Shown: one piece after another, positions 58,301 through 64,000 of the stretch
How positions within the stretch are numbered: the first letter of the stretch is position 1
How the letters are laid out: the number at the start of each line of letters is the position of its first letter
NCBI GenBank assembly: GCA_973895155.1
Contig: OZ316899.1
Span: forward strand, 457,573-521,572
DNA from: Marsupella aquatica
Taxonomy: Eukaryota > Plantae > Marchantiophyta
Direction: 5' to 3'
DNA length: 64,000 bases
The notes under the pieces: model-generated
What the model was told of the DNA's origin: nothing
Seen by the model: the letters and a program-made list of their open reading frames with translations, nothing else
Database searches by the model: none
Translations under genes and position numbers: made by a program

Positions 58301-59550
58301 GATGGAATTTGAGTTTTGAGGGCTTGAGTGAGAGCTCCTCTTGGGCCCAAGGCCAATGGAGTTGACGCCATGGGAAACAAATGCTTGGGGCGCAAGTTAT
58401 GGCCCAATCCAAGTTTGGCCAATCGAGGGCCCCGAGCGACGATGAGACCTGAGTGCCTAGGCATGAGCATTGGGTCGGCCCAATCACAACAAGCTAAGGC
58501 ACTCTGCTTGCGGATGCCTAACTAGGAAGTTATGGGCGTTGCCAGTTGGTGGCGTGCCCAGACGTGCGGGATAGCGTCCGGGTTGGGGACCAAACGTGGT
58601 CCGGGGGTGGCAGGTCTCCAGAAGCATATATGAGGGGAGTGGTGTCTCCCTGGGGGACAAGGGTGAGCTGAAGTCGTGAGCCGCGGTGGTCGCGACACTA
58701 AAGGAAATTGCCAAACGGAAACGGCGATAACTTCCCAACGGGAAGTCCGTTGGAGGACTTCTTGAGTGCGTTGGAAAGATATCAAGGAGAGATACATCCT
58801 CCTGAGCTCAGATGGGTCTGGGGGCACCTTAGGTTCTCGAGGTTTGTGGGTACTATTTTGCCCGCTTGCCAAATCTTGCCAAAACAGCAGCCAAGTCATG
58901 TTCAGTCTCTCAAGGGAGCTTGCGTTGGGGAGGCAAGGCCAAGTAGGCGTGGAGGTTGAGTTCTAAGGGCACTTGCCTCCTAGACCATCAGTGAGGCAAG
59001 AACCAGGAGTTGGTGGCTAAAGTTGGGGCCATCCTGGTCCCGGCGTGTAGGGACAAGCTTTAGGACAAGCTACATTATTTGGGCCATGAGCATGTCCTGG
59101 GGATAGGGCGGTCAATTGGTGATGGATAGGTATGAGGGGGAACCTGGGCTGCGCCCATGGAAGGAGCTATTATGGACAAATAGTGGGTGTCGGTTTTGGT
59201 TTTGGCTTATGGCATCGGGAGGACCTATTGCTGACCTACTTACCAATGTCTGTTGAGCTTGAGTTAGGATGCTAGAGTTGGGGAGATCTAGATCCATAAG
59301 GGTTACTTACCAAGACGCTTGGTTGCTTGTGCAGATAGTGAGGACCATTGAGTAGTAGTCGTGTTGGAGAGCAAGTGCGACTTTGTATGGGAGGGGCCAT
59401 TGGTGGTGCAAGGGGCACTAGGTTGCTTGCTCAAGGTATTCTGTGGAGGCGTTTGGGCACCAAGAGCACTTAGGCGTGGGTGCTAGGATTGGTGAGGGCG
59501 TTGGGTGGCAAGGTCCATCACTAGCTTGCTCCATTGAAGAGGATTTGTCA

Positions 59551-59559
59551 ATGGGGGAG
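59551..59559 (+). promoter_or_regulatory. Polypurine tract directly before LTR A5
   Basis: ATGGGGGAG|TGTGATGCC. Confidence 0.7.
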
Positions 59560-60553
59560 TGTGATGCCTAGCCAGGAATCACTAGGCCAGTTAGGTGGGG
59601 AAAACGAAGGTGTACCCTATAAACACATTAGTATAGTAACAAAAACAAGGAAAATATAAACAATTAGGGTGACTATGGAACCCGGGCCGAGGCCGGAGGT
59701 AAGGACGCCGGGGGAGAGAACACGATTAGGATTAGGGCGCGCTAAGCATCGGCGGCTAGGGGTAACCAACGGGAGGAAAGACCAGAGGAGGAGAGGGGTA
59801 AGGACCGCTTGCGAGGAATGGTGGCTCATTTGCAAGCACAAACTGGGCAGACGACTACGGAAGGCCAACTACTGTCAGCTGCTTAGGCAAGCACTCTGGG
59901 TGGGAGCAGATACCAACGATCGAGTCAAGGAGGGTATGAGCAACGTCAATCAAGCGGCACATTTTTGGGGATGCCTGTTCGAACGGGCAATTGAGTACAT
60001 TAGGACTTACAAGAACGAAGAATCGGAGAGAGCAGCTCAAGAACGGCAGGAGCTTGCTCGACTGTGGGAGCTACAGAAGTCTGCCTTCTTAGGAGGAGAA
60101 CTCATCAAGGCCGAGTTCTTATGGACTCCTACTGCCAATTAGCTCGATGACCTTCTGTTTTGCGAAGATAGAATCGTCGGCATTCGGGAAGCCATCAACC
60201 GCTGCAACAACGTGCACTGGGAGTTGAAGGGTAGCACGGAGGGGTGGACGAAGGCAACTGTGCTAGGAGAAACATCCACGGCAACCAAGATGAAGAGGAA
60301 AGGAAACAACAACAAAGAGGCCACCTCGGTAAAAAGAACGAGGTCGGCGGCACCAAGGAAGCCAGCAGAGCAGCAGAACGGGAGGCAGGGAGAAGCCGAA
60401 GAGGAGGAGGTCAATCCCATCAATGTCATTCCAACAAAGGAGACACCTGGAAAGGTTGGGTGGCGACCCTACCAGAGGAAGTGCAATTACATTTTGCACG
60501 GGAGGAGGATGCATGCTTTACGGCCATGCAGACCAAGAAGTACCAGGGTTTCA

Positions 60554-62913
60554 TGTGACGCCGATGACATGGTCCTTATTCTATAATCTGAGTAAGTAGG
60601 TTGCTGTATGCAAGGAGTAGCTATTGATATTGCATAACAATTAGCAAGATGGCAAGAATAAGGGCAATCATGGCGTTGAGTAGGGAAATAAAAGCTATGT
60701 CGCGGGTGGTCGGTGACCATATCTCTTTCAATATGTCACCAAATCCAGATCTGTAAAGAGCATTGGAAAGATCTGGTCAAGGCGAGTAAAATCGATATAA
60801 AACACTCTCAAAACGGAGGTGTATTAGGAAAGATATGATCTTATTAGTGCGACGGGTTAGTGTGTAACCCGGGATAGCGGATATGGATAGCGGATAGCGG
60901 ATACGGATAGAGGTTAGCGGACACGGATAGCGGATAGCAAATAGAGGTTAGCGGATTTAGATTGGGGTTAGACTAAACCCGGGACAACGGATAGCGGACA
61001 ACGGACACGGATAGTATACAGCAGGCACAGATAGCGGACACGGATAACGGACACGGACAACGGACACGGACAACTGACACGGACAACGGACACGGATAGC
61101 GACTTAGCTCGAGGCCACGGGTTAACTCTTCTAAGGTTAGATAGGATAGCTAGGCTAGCCGAACTCGGGTTAGCTATGTAACTCGGGTTAGCGTAGCAAT
61201 GAGTACCCCCTCTTGGTTGCGGGGGCATACCTTTCTATGTATTTGGCCAAATTGGCTATAATTGACCTCGTTGGAAAGAGGAGCTCAAGCCGCTTCCAGC
61301 GCTGCTATCCACGCAGCAAATGGTTGAATAGAGAAATCGGGAGAGGAGGCGCAAGCTCGCAAAAACCATGGAGGAGGGCCAAATCCAAAGTACATAGCCA
61401 ATTCGAAATAAAAATAAAGTTGCGAGTTAGGGTTCAGTAGTTAGAGGTAGTGGCGGCTCTGTTAGGGCTGGGATGGGGCTCCAAAAGCGTAGTATCCACC
61501 CATTTGGGCTCAGTATGAGAGTATATAGAGCAGCCCCCCGGTAGAGGCAGGGGGGACTTCAGTTGTGTGATCTCACTTAGACTGAGCAGTAGGGAGGAGC
61601 TCTGTGCAAGCAAGGCTGGACTTGGACGCTGCGTGTTGGGGAGAGCAGTCGGGAGTAATCAGTCAAGCTGCAATGGGTTGCTAGGTTTGCGAGCTAGATT
61701 GTGGCTCTTTCTAGTGGGCAGCACAACTGGGTTCTTTTCCCCCGATACAGAGCCTTGGTGATAGGTGATGTATTGGTGATTGTAAACTGTGGGGAGGATG
61801 TCAATTTGATTTGTGGTGAGCACATTAGGGAGGCTGAGATACTGATTGAGGGGCAGCAGAAGGAGCATTTATAGTTTGGTCTGGCAAGGCTACGTGATCC
61901 ATGGGGAGTCCCGGCCTTTGTCTGGTAGAGAGCACTAAGGGATTTATGGCCAGAGCTGAGCTTGCAAGGCAAGCATGAGGCCGGGCCTCATTGCAGTTTG
62001 GGGTAGATCGCCGTTAGGCCTGGTACCAACTTTGAAGTCGAGTCAACTATGCATGCATAACTTGACGTTCTGAATTGGAGGCGTGAGATCTGTATGTGCC
62101 CCCAAGAATGAAGTGCAGTGAAGGAGGTTGAGTTCAGGATTGAGTTTGCAAGGCAAGTACGGGATTGGTTTGAGTCCAATCTGCCGTCGCAATCTGGAGT
62201 GAGCCCGGCTCAGGTTCAGGATTGAGCTTGCATGGCAAGCATGGGGCTTGCGGGGCAAGCACGTCACAATCTGGAGGAGACAGCCTTCTGCCCTAGTGTT
62301 CGGATCAAGTGTTCTCAGTGAACTATTGTGCACATCTTTGAATCTAATTGAGTTTTCCTCTCAGGCCTCATTTCTCTCATGGATGTGTGTGTGTGTGAGG
62401 CAATTTGAGTGTATGATGGGACTAGCAGCGCCACTGAGAGGTGTACAGGGTGCATTGAAGCGGGCTGGGTGAGAACTGTCATAGCTCTGATTGCTGAGAG
62501 TGGAATGGCAGAGTGGTGGGGCAATGGCTTAGAAGTCCCTAAGCCGGGAATCAGTCAGGAGTCACTGGTTTATGGGTACATTCCGGCGGCGGAATAGAAA
62601 CATACCTATGACAGTAAGCATATGTATAGACCTATGCGCACCGTAGCACTAGGCCCTATGTGTACGGGCCCAATATGAAGACCCCTTCTCACCAGAACTA
62701 TCATGAGCGCAGATCTGATCCCCAACCTTGGTTCCTTGGGATTGAGCTTGGGTGATGTGTGATAGAGTCTTGCTATGATAGTCTGGTGTTAAGGGCATAA
62801 ATTGGTGTTTACCGGCCTTCACAACATCCCTTCGTGATCCTCAGGTACAAGGAGATGGTTTTGGCACCCATAGTGACGTTTTTGGTGTTAAGACCCATGT
62901 CAATTGCGTGACA
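60554..62913 (+). repeat. Family B solo LTR, copy B2 (2,360 bp)
   Basis: TGTGACGCCG...GCGTGACA; TSD TTTCA/CTTCA (60549-60553, 62914-62918). Confidence 0.92.
60870..61100. repeat. CGG/CCG-core satellite arrays in B2
   Basis: ACACGG, ATAGCGG and ACAACGG units; shorter than in B1. Confidence 0.88.
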
Positions 62914-64000
62914 CTTCATGGCCGGATCCGGCTTGGAAGCCTTCGTAAGATTACCATGGCTAAAGTCGGAGGTGCCGGACTCAGACTTATTAAAATTCGT
63001 GGGATCTTGGGAACCCGAGACCAATTCCACGAGGGTGTATGGGAAGGATTTCTATCTCACTCCCCGGGTGATTGCCGAGGTGTTTGGCTTGCCGATGGGT
63101 AATAAGACCAAGGTTGATACCAGGAAGACCTTACCTGACAAGGAGTTCCGGTCGTTCCCAGGACCATCAACAAAGAATGGCTTCTTTCGGAACACCTGCA
63201 CCAACCCGCACATCGGAGAGATGATCAATTTCTTGCGGGTGACCATGCATTGTAGCTTGCCGAGGGCAGAGATCGGCAAGGCTCAGGTCTACCAGGCAGA
63301 AAAGCCAGACCCAAGTCGGGATTACAACGGGTACCTCCTCAACCAACTGAAGCTTGAAGGAGGAACAGCAGGTGATCGGCGTGGGAAGCGTGTCCCGACT
63401 TGGCTATCACATGTCGCTGTTGTGCCGGTATGCCAGAAGTCAAATCTTTGCCCCAGTTCTTCCCCTATCGGCAAGGGCACCGAAGGAAGTTCCGGAGCAG
63501 AGGCCGGCAAAAGAAGAGCCCAACCTGCCAATCCTACGATTGAGCAAGTGTTTCGGCCAAGGAAAGAAGACTTGCCGATGCAGCAATCAGGCATGCAAAA
63601 TCTGCTGAAATTGCAACGGCAACGACAACGGTACAGGACACTGCCCCAGAGGCTGGCCTAAGCCGACTCAGGAGGGAAAACCCCTTTACCAAAGCCAACG
63701 AGAGAAGGAGGCCGGAACACAAGCCGGGAGTTCGAATGTATGTGGGAGCCTCAAGCCCCGAATCGGAGGCAGAGCAGCCTAAGGCTCCTTCCCGCGAAAA
63801 GCAGAGGGAGAGGACAGCCTGGAAACCAGAGGAGGAACCAGAGCCCGTGATCTGTGAGGCCGTTTTCACGGCAGGACCAGGGGAACGGAGGGGGAAGCCA
63901 GGAGTCCAAGCAGTGGAGGAGGCGGTGGAGGACTACAGCAATGATAACTCCGGCTATGGGTTGGATCATCATGTTCCAGGAGTAAGGACCTATGACCGGT

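Larger units (their letters stand above)
47265..59520 (+). mobile_element. Family D solo LTR (47265-47504 plus 58283-59520, ~1,478 bp) containing nested A4
   Basis: Perfect TSD CTAGC (47260-47264, 59521-59525); colinear with LTR D. Confidence 0.88.
59560..64000 (+). mobile_element. Family A 3' LTR, copy A5 (runs off window), interrupted by B2
   Basis: TGTGATGCC start after a PPT. The frame TKKYQGF|MAGSGLEAF is rejoined by removing B2. Confidence 0.88.

Noticed and set aside
1-64000. Host protein-coding genes or RNA genes
   Set aside because: Nearly every interval is assignable to a TE layer. No tRNA/rRNA structure or spliced host-like gene was recognised.

Overview
Eukaryotic, land-plant-type heterochromatin made entirely of nested transposable elements. 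I found no host gene, RNA gene or CRISPR array. The host being a non-seed plant such as a bryophyte is inference only. Using TG...CA termini and target-site duplications (TSDs) I resolved the following. (i) One intact, very young non-chromovirus Ty3/Gypsy element (23381-35923; 3,190-bp LTRs differing at one base; AGTGA TSD; single 1,992-aa gag-pol). (ii) Degenerate Gypsy elements, both Athila/Phygy-like and chromovirus-like. (iii) Two truncated L1 LINEs, a MITE-like insert and a CACTA-like remnant. (iv) Several solo or partial LTR families. The most unusual observation is that at least three DNA-unrelated LTR families (here A, F/G, J) carry, inside the LTR itself, a long ORF with a plant-mobile-domain (PMD)/Transposase_32-like domain, a Pro-rich linker and a coiled coil. 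The one intact copy (J, 559 aa) sits in a solo LTR saturated with the palindrome TCCGGA in all three reading frames, which suggests a self-recognition or anti-silencing cassette. Family letters are my own labels. Domain names come from visual motif recognition and need HMM confirmation.
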